Positions 1-19,580 of a stretch of DNA of 64,000 nt are shown here, one piece after another. A program made the translations under genes and the position numbers. Source of the DNA: Eledone cirrhosa. Lineage: Eukaryota. Each line of letters begins with the position of its first letter. The stretch's first letter is position 1. Below the pieces are notes generated by a model. It saw only the letters and a list, made by a program, of their open reading frames with translations, searched no databases and was not told the DNA's origin. The DNA lies in assembly GCA_964016885.1 (NCBI GenBank), contig OZ024752.1, positions 10,106,001 to 10,170,000 on the forward strand, read 5' to 3'.

Positions 1-309
1 GTTTCACGCTGTTTCGCGGTTATCAAGGCTATATATCGTCTGTTTTTGCTGTGAGCTGAAGAAGCTGGATTCTTATAGAATACCAATTATGTTTATGAGT
101 TGTTTAAACTCATTAACATACAAAGCGGTTGCCCAGCAACAATTAGAAATTTGTATTGGAGTTCTGAAATAGCGACGTATATATAAACATACGTATTATA
201 TATTTAATAAGATACTCTATATTTATTTTAAAAAATCCATAGCGAAAGGCTTTCAAAATCTTATGGTAGCGACTATAGTCACATACCTAACTGCTGCAAA
301 AACAAAGGG

Positions 310-342
<33 letters not shown>

Positions 343-478
343 TTCCAGAAATAGTCGTCGAACGGCTTGAGCTCTGCCGTCGAGGTTAAACATTTTCCTA
401 TTACCCATTCTACTACCCTAATTATTGAGTACTCTGGTGCCTTATGGTCTATCTGGTTCCTTACCACACCACCTTCGT

Positions 479-480
<2 letters not shown>
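343..480 (+). mobile_element. 3'-terminal remnant of the PLE family seen at 31440-33620 (3' half of HHR plus terminal sequence)
   Basis: Aligns by eye to 33483-33620 (gtcgaa(a)cggcttgagctc...ggtgc(c/g)ttatggtc...tggttccttaccaca); ends at (TA)n. Confidence 0.75.
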
Positions 481-510
<30 letters not shown>

Positions 511-511
<1 letters not shown>

Positions 512-665
512 CGTATTTCCCGGCGCAGAAAATGCTTCGTCTTCGAGGACCCACCCTAAAATTTTCAACGAACAATAATAAACAACCTCTGGCCTCCAGG
601 ATGTATAGTAGAATTTTGAGACTTATTTTGGGAAAAAGTACCATCTTCGACGTCGGGAAATACGG
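511..665. mobile_element. Small Tc1/mariner-superfamily (pogo/Tc2-like) MITE
   Basis: Terminal inverted repeats cgtatttcccggcg / cgtcgggaaatacg in TA context. Confidence 0.5.
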
Positions 666-673
666 TATATATA

Positions 674-706
<33 letters not shown>

Positions 707-1234
707 ATATAATAAATGTAATCTGGTAGTTTCTAATAATAATATTCGATTCGTTTGCAATTATGCAGTCAAGCCTATTGTTTAAAGCCTTGCAGTTCTG
801 TTTACGTAAAAATTCCTTTCAGGTATTTTCATTATTGTGTTAGCTTGTCAATACAATCGTATTCAATAGTGAAACTCTACAATTTCTACTTTGGAGGATA
901 TAACAATGGCAGTTTCAAGAGTTGATAACAAAGTACACACTTTTGAAATCACATTCTGATTTGTTATATTAAATAATTAATATGTACAGCACAGCTGGTG
1001 GATACTACCAGCTTATTAAATAATAAAAAAAAGATTTAATTATGCAAACTTTACTATAGTCAATATTTTCACATCGCCTTTCGTCATTACCAAAGTATCT
1101 TTTTAGCATTACGTTTCTTGTCAAACATATATATTGCATGTAATCCCACGTACCTATGGCTTATTTAGGCAGATTTCAGCCCCATTTTGTTTCATACTGA
1201 ATTCACTCAGTTGCAAGAATATATATATATATAT

Positions 1235-1487
1235 ATCATCATTTTACATTCGCTTTTCCCTGCTTGCAAGGGTTGCACGGGTCCTATTCAGCACAGTATC
1301 TCTCCACTTGTCACGGTCATTTGTCATCTCCTCGGTGAGTTTCAGTGATCTGAAGTCTGCTCTCACCACCTCCACCCATGTTTTTCGTTGTCTACCTCTA
1401 CTGCGTCTTCCTTCTACTGGGATTTATTGGCACTTCTTTACCCAGCGGTCATCCTCCATGCGCATCACATGTCCATACCATCTCAAT
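1235..1487 (-). mobile_element. RTE-clade LINE 3' fragment
   Basis: Minus strand reads LRWYGHVMRMEDDRWVKKC..VEGRRSRGRQRKTWVEVV..DRDKWR, typical of the RTE ORF C-terminus; short (GAT)n-like tail. Confidence 0.8.
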
Positions 1488-1501
1488 GAAAATAATAACA
1501 A

Positions 1502-1627
1502 ATTGTTTCCGAAGAAGACGGTCTGATCGAACCTATGTATGAAGTCTCTTAGTATACAGTTATATAACTGCTATAGATCAGTTAATATATCAATATGATA
1601 AACCCTCCGAAACGATCGTAAAACAAT
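1502..1627 (+). ncRNA. Type I hammerhead ribozyme with U4C core and ~90-nt stem II insert
   Basis: attgttt CCGAAGA [long stem II] GAAA cgatcg TA aaacaat: 7-bp stem I, palindromic stem III, GUA cleavage triplet; AATAAA downstream. Confidence 0.65.
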
Positions 1628-1927
1628 GATAGGAATAGGTAAAATAAATCGAGTTTGTTGTTATTATTTTCATTGTTAAATTAATACCTAATATCTGACT
1701 TGGTATCAACGGAATTAACTCAGCGGAACACGGATCATTTCTATGGACTTCACTGGATTACTCGCCATCAGATTGCATTGAGTTCTATCTTCGGTATGGA
1801 CCCTACCATCAAGGGTAGATTACATTGAGACAAACAAATATATATATAATAAAATGTTGTAGTTGGCTTAAAACATTTTATATAATATATAATGAGGAAA
1901 CGGATATACAGCTAAACAATGGAAAAC

Positions 1928-2078
1928 GAATTGTTTCTACTTTGGCACAAGGACAGCAATTACCCTGTGCATCTCTAGTACTTTATTTTATCGACCCCGT
2001 AAGGATGAAAGGCAAAGTTAACGTCGGCGGGATTTGAACTCAGATCATAAAGGGCCGTAACTCTATGCATCAAGCATC
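1928..2078 (-). mobile_element. tRNA-derived SINE family A (octopus OK-like), 5'-truncated
   Basis: B-box-like GAGTTCAAATCC, core gcctttcatccttacggggtcgataaaataaagtac, tail ttgtgccaaagtagaaacaatt. Confidence 0.85.
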
Positions 2079-2183
2079 TCTATGCGTCAAAATGGAAAAC
2101 GAATGATAAGATGAAGGTAACGAAAAGTAAGTTACCTGGTAATCTTTGTTTTGATTTTATGTTGTTGCTGCTGTTTCTTTCCG

Positions 2184-2222
2184 CCTAATATTTCGGGACT
2201 TAAAATTCCCTTCTTCAGAGTA
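2184..2222 (-). ncRNA. Hammerhead-like motif (weak stem I)
   Basis: Reverse complement: CTGAAGA agggaattttaagtccc GAAA tattagg; core and stem II present, stem I poorly paired. Confidence 0.4.
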
Positions 2223-2348
2223 TAAAGCACTTTCAGAGAAGCATATTCCGGCTTATTCTCCTGAGAAGTCCATATAACATGTGTTACCCCTATATCTCTT
2301 TCCACATTATTTATATATTATAAAATAACAGAAGGCTGGACTGGTGTA

Positions 2349-2426
2349 ATTCCTTACAGGTTTATTATACTATGAACATTTCAATGACCGGGTTCAGTAT
2401 GAATCCGGTGACATCATCAGGTATTC
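2349..2426 (-). ncRNA. Degenerate hammerhead-like motif
   Basis: Reverse complement: CTGATGA tgtc-accggattc-atact-gaacccggt-catt GAAA ...cctgTA; stems I and III imperfect. Confidence 0.35.
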
Positions 2427-2635
2427 GAAATTTAACAAAGGAATATAATAGACACAATCCATGGGGCTGAAAAAGTAGAGAGATGAGAAGGCGGCCAAAC
2501 AATTAACATTTGCCAGTCCGTTTGGCCGCCTTCAAGTATTCAAGCTCCCTAATATTACATCAAGGTTAACTATACGGAATCATCAGTTCTATCCATTGGT
2601 GAACCAACAAACCTAAATTAATATATATATACGAA

Positions 2636-2830
2636 AAGACTCAGGACCTCGACAGCTGAGCTCCGTTCGTTTCGACCACTTGATCCCATGCTCTGATTTA
2701 GCTGTCAAAACGCCCGAATCTCAGCCGTCGGGGTCCGGACACTTTTCATATTATCCACTCTAATACGCTAAGTATCGAGTACTCTGGTGCGTTATGGTTC
2801 ACCTGGTATCTAACCACACCTTTGTTTTAT
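2636..2830 (+). mobile_element. PLE terminal remnant with inverted 5' part (same family as 31440-33620)
   Basis: gacctcgacagctgagctc..gtttcgac (inverted), then ...ctcagccgtcggggtc...ggtgcgttatggttcacctggtatctaaccacac. Confidence 0.65.
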
Positions 2831-2874
2831 ATAGAAGTCATTTCTATCTCTATATATACAATAACTTCAAAAAC

Positions 2875-3430
2875 TTCATCCCCTTCGCGCGTCCTGTGAT
2901 TGGCCGCTGGTTATCGACGTCACCATATGTATATACGTGTGTGAGCGAGCAAGTAGGGGTGTGTGTGTGTGTGGATATATATGTATGTGTATATGTATAT
3001 ATGTATATATATATATGCATGTGTATGTATAGATATGTATGTGTGTGTGCGTGTGTGTATATATGTGTATATGTATGCGTGTGTACTTATGTGTGTATGC
3101 ACATCTATGTGTGTGTATGTGCCTGTGTGTGTATGTGTGTGTGTGTGTGTGTACCTGACTCTCTGGATGCACGAATGCGTATATTTATATGTTCTTAAAT
3201 GTGTGTGTATAGCGAGTGACTATGCGTATGGCTGTCATTATCTCTGTGCACGTGTGTGTGTCTGCGTGCCCGGGCGTGGATGCGTGGTCAACCAGACACA
3301 GCAGTAATTTATTGAAGTGTAGCAGACATGGGACAGCTAACGTCCTGGTGGTCAGCGGACTAGTACCTGTGGTCAGAATTATGATGACCTCAATAACTAG
3401 CGGCCAATCAGAGGACGCGCGAAGTGGATG
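2875..3430. repeat. ~48-bp inverted repeats enclosing a degenerate (TG/TA)n microsatellite (MITE-like)
   Basis: tcatccccttcgcgcgtcctgtgattggccgctggttatcgacgtca versus tgacctcaataactagcggccaatcagaggacgcgcgaagtggatga. Confidence 0.6.
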
Positions 3431-3630
3431 ACCTATTTGACGGTACTGGCCCAGAGGGTTAGATATCCCAGGAAGAGAATATGCTCCGAAATCATTAGAC
3501 GTGTCCGTCGAACTTGCGGGTCCAGAATCAGACAGATCCACACAATCTGCCGGGGAAACAATTGCAACACACAATAAATTAAGTTCAGATGCATCACTGA
3601 TTTTTCGTTTTCCATTCTACACACACACAC

Positions 3631-3667
<37 letters not shown>

Positions 3668-3748
3668 GTTATTCCGGGTTGAATCGGAGGTAACCACAGT
3701 AAGTAAGGTACTCAATACATAGCAGAGTATAATAGTTTTAATATAGAT

Positions 3749-3801
3749 GAGATTCTACAGGACTAGAACTGTTTCATTCATTAGAAATCATCAGGAATCT
3801 C
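3749..3801 (-). ncRNA. Type I hammerhead ribozyme (left arm of palindrome)
   Basis: Reverse complement: gagattc CTGATGA tttctaatgaat GAAA cag ttctagtc ctg TA gaatctc. Confidence 0.85.
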
Positions 3802-3802
3802 T

Positions 3803-3851
3803 GATTCCTGATGATTTCTAATGAATGAAACAGTTCTAGTCCTGTAGAATC
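3803..3851 (+). ncRNA. Type I hammerhead ribozyme (right arm of palindrome)
   Basis: gattc CTGATGA tttctaatgaat GAAA cag ttctagtc ctg TA gaatc: canonical core, GUA site. Confidence 0.85.
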
Positions 3852-3854
3852 TCA

Positions 3855-3897
<43 letters not shown>

Positions 3898-4420
3898 TTT
3901 AGTGATCGGAAAGCATTTATAATATAATAAATTTCTCTTTAAAAGAATCTTTCTCTCTGTCTTTACATTTAGTCTATATTATCTGAGGCATTATATATAA
4001 TTTCTTAGCAGCGTCAATCAAAGTGTGTTGGAACAAATCTTATCGCTTTCTATTCACCTCATATCAGCTGGATTCGATAAAATATATTATCGATCTAGTA
4101 CTGCGGTCGAATTAATCGAATTTCATCTTCTCAAGTTGTTGGCCTTGTGCCTGAATTAGAAACCATTATATATATATCTTTAACCAACAGAGGGCAGCAC
4201 TGTTACCATAAGCGTCAACGAAAGACATGATTTTATCTGTGTAGTAATTATCAGTCGAAACCCCTTTAGAACTCCCTTTTTCTCGGTATTTCTTTCGTCT
4301 TCACCTGTGTGAGACAATATGAAGACAGAGGTAATGACGGAGGGAATTTGGTTCCAGTGGTTCGGACCTGGTATATATGTATATATTTATCACACCATAT
4401 TAACTGTAAATATGGTATAT

Positions 4421-4608
4421 TGGTGGATCGGCAGTATCGGTAGAGGGTCGGACGCCATGCTTTGAAGCATAGAGTTACCCCCCTTTATGATCTGAGTTCA
4501 AATCTCGCCGAGGTTAACTTTGACTTTCATCCTTACGGGGTCGATAAATTAAAGTACCCGTAATGCACTGGTGAATTGCAGGCCTTGTGCCAAAAGTAGA
4601 AACAATTA
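4421..4608 (+). mobile_element. SINE family A, near full length
   Basis: A-box-like ggcagtatcggtagag, B-box gagttcaaatc, conserved core and tail. Confidence 0.9.
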
Positions 4609-4978
4609 TTATTCGGATTATTTGTAGCGTAGCTGACTTATTAATATGAATACAGTCTGGCCATTGATGACTAACCATAGTAATAAAGGCATATGGAAAA
4701 TGCCACGTATAATATTACTTATAATATTATCGTTTTATGAATTCGGTACTTTACTATGCTGCCATTATTAACAAATGCATTTATATCTCTCACCAAGACA
4801 AAGTAGTGCAGTAGTAATGCCTTTTCTTTAAATATATATTATTAGAAGTGTCTGGAGTGAGTTGAATTATATTTGTTTTATTTCAAAATAAAATACATTT
4901 TGTCACGAGGAAATGTTTTGTCCTCGACAGACACCTCAGTGATTTTATATGTAATTATCTCACTATGGCTTAGTTTTG

Positions 4979-12968
<7,990 letters not shown>

Positions 12969-13065
12969 CTAATTTATACTTATTCCTAATTAAACTATTT
13001 TTCACTGGGAAACATTTGTCAGCATTTTCTTTTCCTTTTTACTAATATATATATATATATATATA

Positions 13066-13204
13066 TAGGAAAGTATGACCCCGACGGCAGAGCTTGAGCT
13101 CTGCCGTCGGGGACATACTTTTTCCTATTCACACTCTACTACTCGAAGTATTGTGTACTCTGGTGCGGTATGGTCCATCTGGTTCCTTACCACATTTCCT
13201 TTGT

Positions 13205-13206
<2 letters not shown>
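13066..13206 (+). mobile_element. PLE terminal remnant with short fold-back 5' end
   Basis: taggaaagtatgaccccgacggcagagct-tg-agctctgccgtcggggacatacttttccta palindrome, then the family tail; (TA)n on both sides. Confidence 0.75.
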
Positions 13207-13237
<31 letters not shown>

Positions 13238-13897
13238 TATATATATGTATGTACAGATGTATGTAAGTGTGTATATATGTGTATATATATATATATGTGT
13301 ATGCATGTATTTATTTTTAATATATATATATATTTTATGTACACATGTATGTAAGTGTCTATATATATATATATATATATATACATATATATAGATATTT
13401 CTATATATAGATATTTCTATACATATATATCTTTTAAAGACAGATGATCAATTTATATATTGCATGCCGCTCTGGTCAGCCAATTCGTCTATGGTATCTA
13501 AGAAGTTCACACAGACGAAATTGAACTTTGCAGTATTTATAAGTTTAATTTACTTGACGCAATAAATTTTCATTAACCCCTTTATAACCTATGACACTAC
13601 GGGTGTCTACAACCCACACATCAACTTCGAACAGACAGAACTATGGCAAACCATACTGATATCACACTTGCATTATAGCGTGCGAACGTTATATAAAACA
13701 TAATATTTGCTGAGACTTTCCTTAGAAGATTGATCGTGTTAAAAGCAGTCATTGGAGAGTTTTCATTGCCTGGGTATGATATGGCTGTTTGGAAGTAGAG
13801 GGGTTATTTAGAAAAAGGGATATGTGGATATTCACACACATATATACATGCACATATATACACACACACATATATATATATGTACATCTGTGTATGA

Positions 13898-13953
<56 letters not shown>

Positions 13954-13994
13954 TATATATATAGATAGACTATATATATGTGTTTGTGTCTAAA

Positions 13995-14158
13995 TTGTAT
14001 CTATATTTTTGACCGTTGGTCAGTCAATGGCAACATTGAGGACCGAATAAATTAAATTAACCAATATGAAAGACACAAAAGCGAAAACCAACCAAACAGT
14101 GAGTGTGTTCTGTTATTAATTCTGGCAATACTATTACACACATATGACCCTCCCCAAG

Positions 14159-14162
<4 letters not shown>
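13995..14162. repeat. Interspersed TA-associated repeat; second copy at ~17128-17302
   Basis: Shared ttttgaccgttggtcagtcaatggcaacattgaggaccgaataaa...gaccctccccaagtata. Confidence 0.8.
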
Positions 14163-14237
<75 letters not shown>

Positions 14238-14447
14238 CAATCAAATTTTAGCTTAATATATTTTAAATGTATTAATCTAAAATTTAATTGTTTTCTATTT
14301 TGTACCTCTGCTCTGTAATACATCGGATAACTTACATTGATCTTTTTCTCTTACTGGTAATTGGGTAGTGGTTAATACTACCCTTCCATGTTTATAATTA
14401 TATATAACTCATATATAAGTATAAATAGTATTATTATTATTGTGGAT

Positions 14448-14830
14448 TTGGCGGTGATATGGCAGTATCGGTAGAGGGTTGGACGCCATGTTTTCTAGCA
14501 TAGTTACGTCCCTTTGCAGTCTGAGTTCAAATCCCGCCGAGGTTAACTTTGCCTTTCATCCTTACGGGGTCGATAAAATAAAGTACCAGTAATGTACTGG
14601 TAATTGCTGGCCTTGTGCCTAAAGTAGAAACAATTATTATTATTGTGGATTAGCCGTATTGGTAGAGGATAGGACACCATGCTTTGACGCATAGAGTTAC
14701 ATCCCTTGTCATTCGGCGTTCAAATCTTGCCGAGATTATATTTGCCTTTCATTCTTACGGGGTCGAAAAAAAATAAAGTACCGGTAATGTACTGGTTATT
14801 TGATGGCCTTGTGTCCAAAAGTAGAAACTA
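14448..14830 (+). mobile_element. Two head-to-tail SINE family A copies
   Basis: Copies at ~14448-14640 and ~14645-14830. Confidence 0.85.
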
Positions 14831-14839
14831 TGTGTATGT

Positions 14840-14881
<42 letters not shown>

Positions 14882-14927
14882 GTGCGTGCGTGTGTGCGTG
14901 TGTGCGTGCGTGTGTGCGTGTGTGTGT

Positions 14928-15170
14928 ATAAAAGGTAAACAGAAATAACAACACAATCGGTACAGCATATGGAAGGAATATATTAGGTTAACGCTTAAAA
15001 TAGCAGGAAGAGGGTCTTGAAGAATGTTTCGGACGCTAGTCCTTCATAAGAAATAAGAATGAGAAATAGATTGAACGGAGGGGTGGGTTATGCCATACTT
15101 GTCAGTTCGAACCTGATGTGTAGGATGTAGACACATGTAGTGTCATAGGTTATAAAGGGGTAATGAAAAT
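14928..15170 (-). mobile_element. HHR-bearing repeat family C (other copies ~13565-13655, 16750-16905, 21930-22075), core degenerate here
   Basis: Reverse complement: CTTATGA aggactagcgtcc GAAA; flanks match 16790-16905; ends at (CA)n. Confidence 0.65.
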
Positions 15171-15221
15171 GTATATATATGTATTAAAGGTGCAAGTCTA
15201 CATGCGTGTCTACAGGTTAAC

Positions 15222-15311
15222 ACTTATCTGAGGAGCTGCTGATTCCAGAATCACGTTCTATCATTAATATATCTTACCGGGAGGTGATCGACAGTGAAAC
15301 ATGTAATATGT
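15222..15311 (+). ncRNA. Type I hammerhead ribozyme with long stem II
   Basis: acttat CTGAGGA gctg...cagt GAAA catg TA atatgt: palindromic stem III, stem I 5/6 paired. Confidence 0.7.
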
Positions 15312-15354
15312 AATTAGATATGTATATGATGTAACACTGATTATTTCTTCTGTT

Positions 15355-15502
15355 ATGTAGCATAGAGTTACTGCCCTTTACGGTTTGAGTTCAAATTCCA
15401 CCGGAGTTAAATTTGCCTTCCATCCATATCGGGTCGATAAAATAGAGTACCAGTAATGCACTGGAATAATTGCTGACCTTTAGCCAAAAGTAGAAACAAT
15501 TA
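15355..15502 (+). mobile_element. SINE family A, 5'-truncated
   Basis: B-box, core and tail present. Confidence 0.8.
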
Positions 15503-15545
15503 TATATATATACCTACAGTAACCGGGGGTTACATTCCATATCAG

Positions 15546-15596
15546 GGCTACCTGAGGATTTCACCCGAAAGAAACAGTTCTAGTACTGTAGAAGCC
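15546..15596 (+). ncRNA. Type I hammerhead ribozyme (same family as 3749-3851)
   Basis: ggctac CTGAGGA tttcacccgaaa GAAA cag ttctagta ctg TA gaagcc; downstream 15600-15678 matches reverse complement of 3668-3745. Confidence 0.8.
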
Positions 15597-16008
15597 ATTT
15601 CTATATTAAATAATTATAATCTGCTATGTATTGAGTACATTACTTACTGTGGTTACCCCTCATTGAACCCGGGATAAACTTTACGTGTGTATATGTGTAC
15701 TTCATGTTTTGGTTGACTTACGTCTACGAACATTGGTGTATTTACATGTAGGTATCTGTGTGCGCTTGTTATATACGTATTTATTTATTTATATACGTTT
15801 ATTTAATTATTTGTATACACGCACACACTCACACATATTTATATGTGCGTGGTTTTGTATACCTATGGCTAGTGTTTTGCGTATGCTTGTGTATGTACGT
15901 ATTTGCATGCGTGTATGCATTTATTTAATTTCTATTACCTCTGTATTGTATTTATTTACTTTATTCTTAACTCTGAAGCGGAGATTCATTCGGTTTCCTA
16001 TTTAGAAT

Positions 16009-16278
16009 TTAGTCTACGACTTCTGCTATACCATTTACGTGGTTTTGTCTTTGCTTGCAATTGTTCTCCACGCTCCACATATGACGTATTATCTTCGTTT
16101 TTCCGTTCATTGCCAGAGAACGTCTCAATGAACCACCTAAGAGAACATTAGTCTACGACTTCTTTTATACCATAAACGTGGTTTTGTCTTTGCGTGTAAT
16201 TGTTTTTCACCGCTCGAAATAATGACGTATTATATTCGTTTTTTCCCGTTCTTTGCCAGGGAACGTTTCCACGAACCA
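16009..16278 (+). repeat. Diverged ~139-bp tandem duplication
   Basis: ttagtctacgacttct...cgtggttttgtctttgc...atgacgtattat..ttcgtttttcc at ~16009 and ~16148. Confidence 0.8.
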
Positions 16279-16356
16279 AAGTATCGTCTTCCTGTCTTCC
16301 ACCGGTTGCAACGTTTTTTGAAAGATCCACTTCTGCGTTTACAGATTGACTTTGTT

Positions 16357-16407
16357 AGTTTCAGAAGAACCTGTTAAGGGTGAAAGCATCGATTCTTTGC
16401 TTAAACT
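16357..16407 (+). ncRNA. Hammerhead ribozyme, U4A core variant (family D)
   Basis: agttt CAGAAGA acctgttaagggt GAAA gca tcgattctt tgc TT aaact. Confidence 0.65.
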
Positions 16408-16514
16408 TTAATCTGTTATTTTAATAAATATTTGCTCTACGGTTCTTATATATTTGATATATATTTATCCTTATCGATCCCTCTTTGGATTTTAGTCTTC
16501 CAATTTATTATTAT

Positions 16515-16559
<45 letters not shown>

Positions 16560-16784
16560 CTGTTATTTTAATAAATATTTGGATTTTATATATTTGATAT
16601 ATATTTATCCTTATCGAGCCCTCTTTGGATTTTAGTCTTCAAATTTATTATTATTACTAAATATATATATATATATGTATATGCAAGAGATGTCAACATG
16701 AATGGACCTGTTATTTTTATCTAAAGACATGTTTTCCAATTCCAGACTGCCCGATCCCCTCAATCTTTCTTATTTCTTATTCTT

Positions 16785-16820
16785 TCTTCTGATGAAGGAC
16801 TAGCGTCGGAAACGTTAAGA
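16785..16820 (+). ncRNA. Minimal type I hammerhead ribozyme (family C)
   Basis: tctt CTGATGA aggac tagc gtcg GAAA cg TT aaga; AACGTT palindrome in place of stem III. Confidence 0.7.
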
Positions 16821-17301
16821 CCCTCTTCCTGCTATATCAAGTGTTAACCTAATATATCCCTTCCATGTACTATACCGATTGTAATGTTATTTCTGTTTAC
16901 CTTTTACACACACACACACACACACATATATACAAAACACTATACACACACGCAAACGCATGCGCAAAGAAGACAACAAATAAACAAATAAAGAAATATA
17001 TAAACATGCTAAATAAAGATGGGGTAGACATATGATGCAACGGGAGGAAACAATAGCACCGCTGACGATATTGCAGATGTGCAACGAAAGAACTTTGATA
17101 GACTATATATATGTGTTTGTGTTTATATTGTATCTGTATTTTTGACCGTTGGTCAGTCAATGGCAACATTGAGGACCGAATAAATTAAATTAACCGATAT
17201 AAAAGACACAGAAGCGAAACGCGGAAACCAACCAAACAGTGAGTGTGTTCTGTTATTAATTCTGGCAATACTATTACACAAATATGACCCTCCCCAAGTA
17301 T

Positions 17302-17341
<40 letters not shown>

Positions 17342-17479
17342 ATAATAATAATAATAAATTTGAAGACTAAAATCCAAAGAGTGCTCGATAAGGATAAATA
17401 TATATCCAATATATAAGAACCGTAGTGCAAATATATATACAAGATCATTTTGGAAGCCTCTACTATCGGGAAATCTCCA

Positions 17480-17522
17480 CCATGGAATTCTTTCGGTTAT
17501 TACAGAAGATTCATCACCATGG
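17480..17522 (-). ncRNA. Degenerate hammerhead-like motif
   Basis: Reverse complement: ccatg GTGATGA atcttctgtaataacc GAAA gaat TC catgg; C3G change, weak stem II. Confidence 0.35.
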
Positions 17523-18779
17523 GCAAAGGTTGTCACGAATGCCGAATTGATAGCAAATTTGGTAATTAAACCTATCTCTCTCTTCCTGATTACCTAATAC
17601 TGAAACTGGCGCGTTACCATATATATATATTGATATATACAAATATATATAACGTTAGTGATAAATATATAGCTATAGTCATTTAGAAATAGTAATAGTT
17701 CATTTCTATTTTCCCATGATATAGTATATATGCGCCTTATTATTTTCTTTTTGTTATCAAACAAAGTTCCTCAGACAAATTACAGCATACTGTCATGATA
17801 ATTACAATAATCAAACAGTGTCTTAATGTTTTTGCGTCTATTGTATGAGTTTTTTTTAGATTCAACATTCTGATGTCCGACATTTTCTGCAATGAAACAG
17901 ATAAATAATTTATTTATTTGGGATGCAATGCTCCTCTTTATAGCAAGTTAACACGCATAACTAGAAACTATTATTTATGTATAAAATAGAAGCCTGAAAA
18001 TAGCTATATATCACTTAGATAGCTAACGAAAATATTCTCTAAGCTGCTGTTATAGAAGCCAGAGTGTCGAATAAATCAAGATCAATTATCGCTCTTTATG
18101 GTACATTATCATGTTATACACTAACACCTGAAACATTACCGGGTACAAATAATCAAACGATGTTATTTGTGCTGAGATTTTCTGCTATTGTATACGTAAG
18201 AAGATTAATACTTCTATGGAACAGTATTTTGAATAACTGGAAATGTTTTTCAACGTGCTGACGCGTATGTGTATATGTGCGTGCGTGTGTGTATGTGCAT
18301 ATGCAGACATATATATGTATGAGTATATAAATATTAAACACACAAACAGGGACACACCTAAAAAAATACACTCTTACATGCATACAATCACACACACATA
18401 TATTAACGCAATCACACACGCACAGACATGCAGTAACACACGCATCTATAAGCATAAATACACACATGCACATAGATACACACAGCTTAGCAAAAGGAAA
18501 GCCAGCCCCTGTTTTACTAGTCTTTTCGTCAACACCTTCCTTCTCTTTACATACACATACATTCACACACACACACACACACATACACACACATACGCAC
18601 ATATAGTGTGACGGACGGAACTCGGTTAAATTTATAAATAGATAGAATGCAACCACCAACACTTGAATATTTATATTGTAAAGAAAGTTTTAAATATTCT
18701 CATTAATAAAACAGGACACACGATTTTAACTATTTAAACCTGATTTTAACTATTCTAAATGAAGATGTCTGATTTAGAG

Positions 18780-19100
18780 ACAAGAACAATAATTTTGAGG
18801 GACAAGAAAGTCAATTAACTGAACCCCAGTGTGTTAATGGTACTTATTTTATTGATACCGTCAGGAGGACAGGCAAAGTTAAACTCGGCGGGGTTTGAAC
18901 TCACATTATAAAGGACCGTAACTCTATACTGCAAAGCATGGCGTCCGACCCTCTACCGATACTGCCTATCCACCGCCCTTTAAAATAATTGTTCCTACTT
19001 TTGGCACAAGACCAGCAATTAGCCAGTGCATTAGTGGTACTTTATTTTATCGACCCCGTAAGGATGAAAGGCAAAGTTAACCTCGGCGGGATTTGAACTT
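18780..19100 (-). mobile_element. Two tandem SINE family A copies
   Basis: Copies at ~18780-18978 and ~18985-19100. Confidence 0.85.
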
Positions 19101-19117
19101 TGAGGTTAACTTTGCTT

Positions 19118-19580
19118 TCAGAATTGACTAAAACGTTTGCCGTTGATGAATGGTGTTACGTGATAATACTGTAGATTATGAAGGTGTACCGGGAACTTGG
19201 AACTAATTGTTTGGACCCAGTACTGTCGAGCTTCTGTGCAAGATCGGAACGTTGGTGGACCGTCCGAGGAAGGAGCCCCTCGAGTTGGGGTGGCTGTTGG
19301 TGCGGGTGTCGCTGGCCATTGTCCGCGGGAATTCTTTTGTGGTCCTGTCCTCGGGCGCAGCACCATCACCACCGCGCCCTTGGCCCCACATCTCCATTAT
19401 CACCGCTGCCTCAGCCCATAGCCCAATTAGCCTCCACCCGGCCATTATACTGTGACATTACAGCCCTTCATTTTTCCTTCCTTTTATTTTTTTTTTATAT
19501 TTTCTTATTTTACATTCCATTCTATCTTCTCAATCTAATTTTTTTTCTTACCCTTCCATTAAATTGTACTTATATGATAT
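19118..19580 (+). mobile_element. GC-rich island followed by pyrimidine-rich tail; possible LINE 3' end/UTR
   Basis: Composition shift only; no diagnostic protein motif recognised. Confidence 0.25.

Noticed and set aside
53-155. Hammerhead candidate (CTGAAGA agctgg...ccagc)
   Set aside because: No GAAA directly after stem II and no stem I pairing
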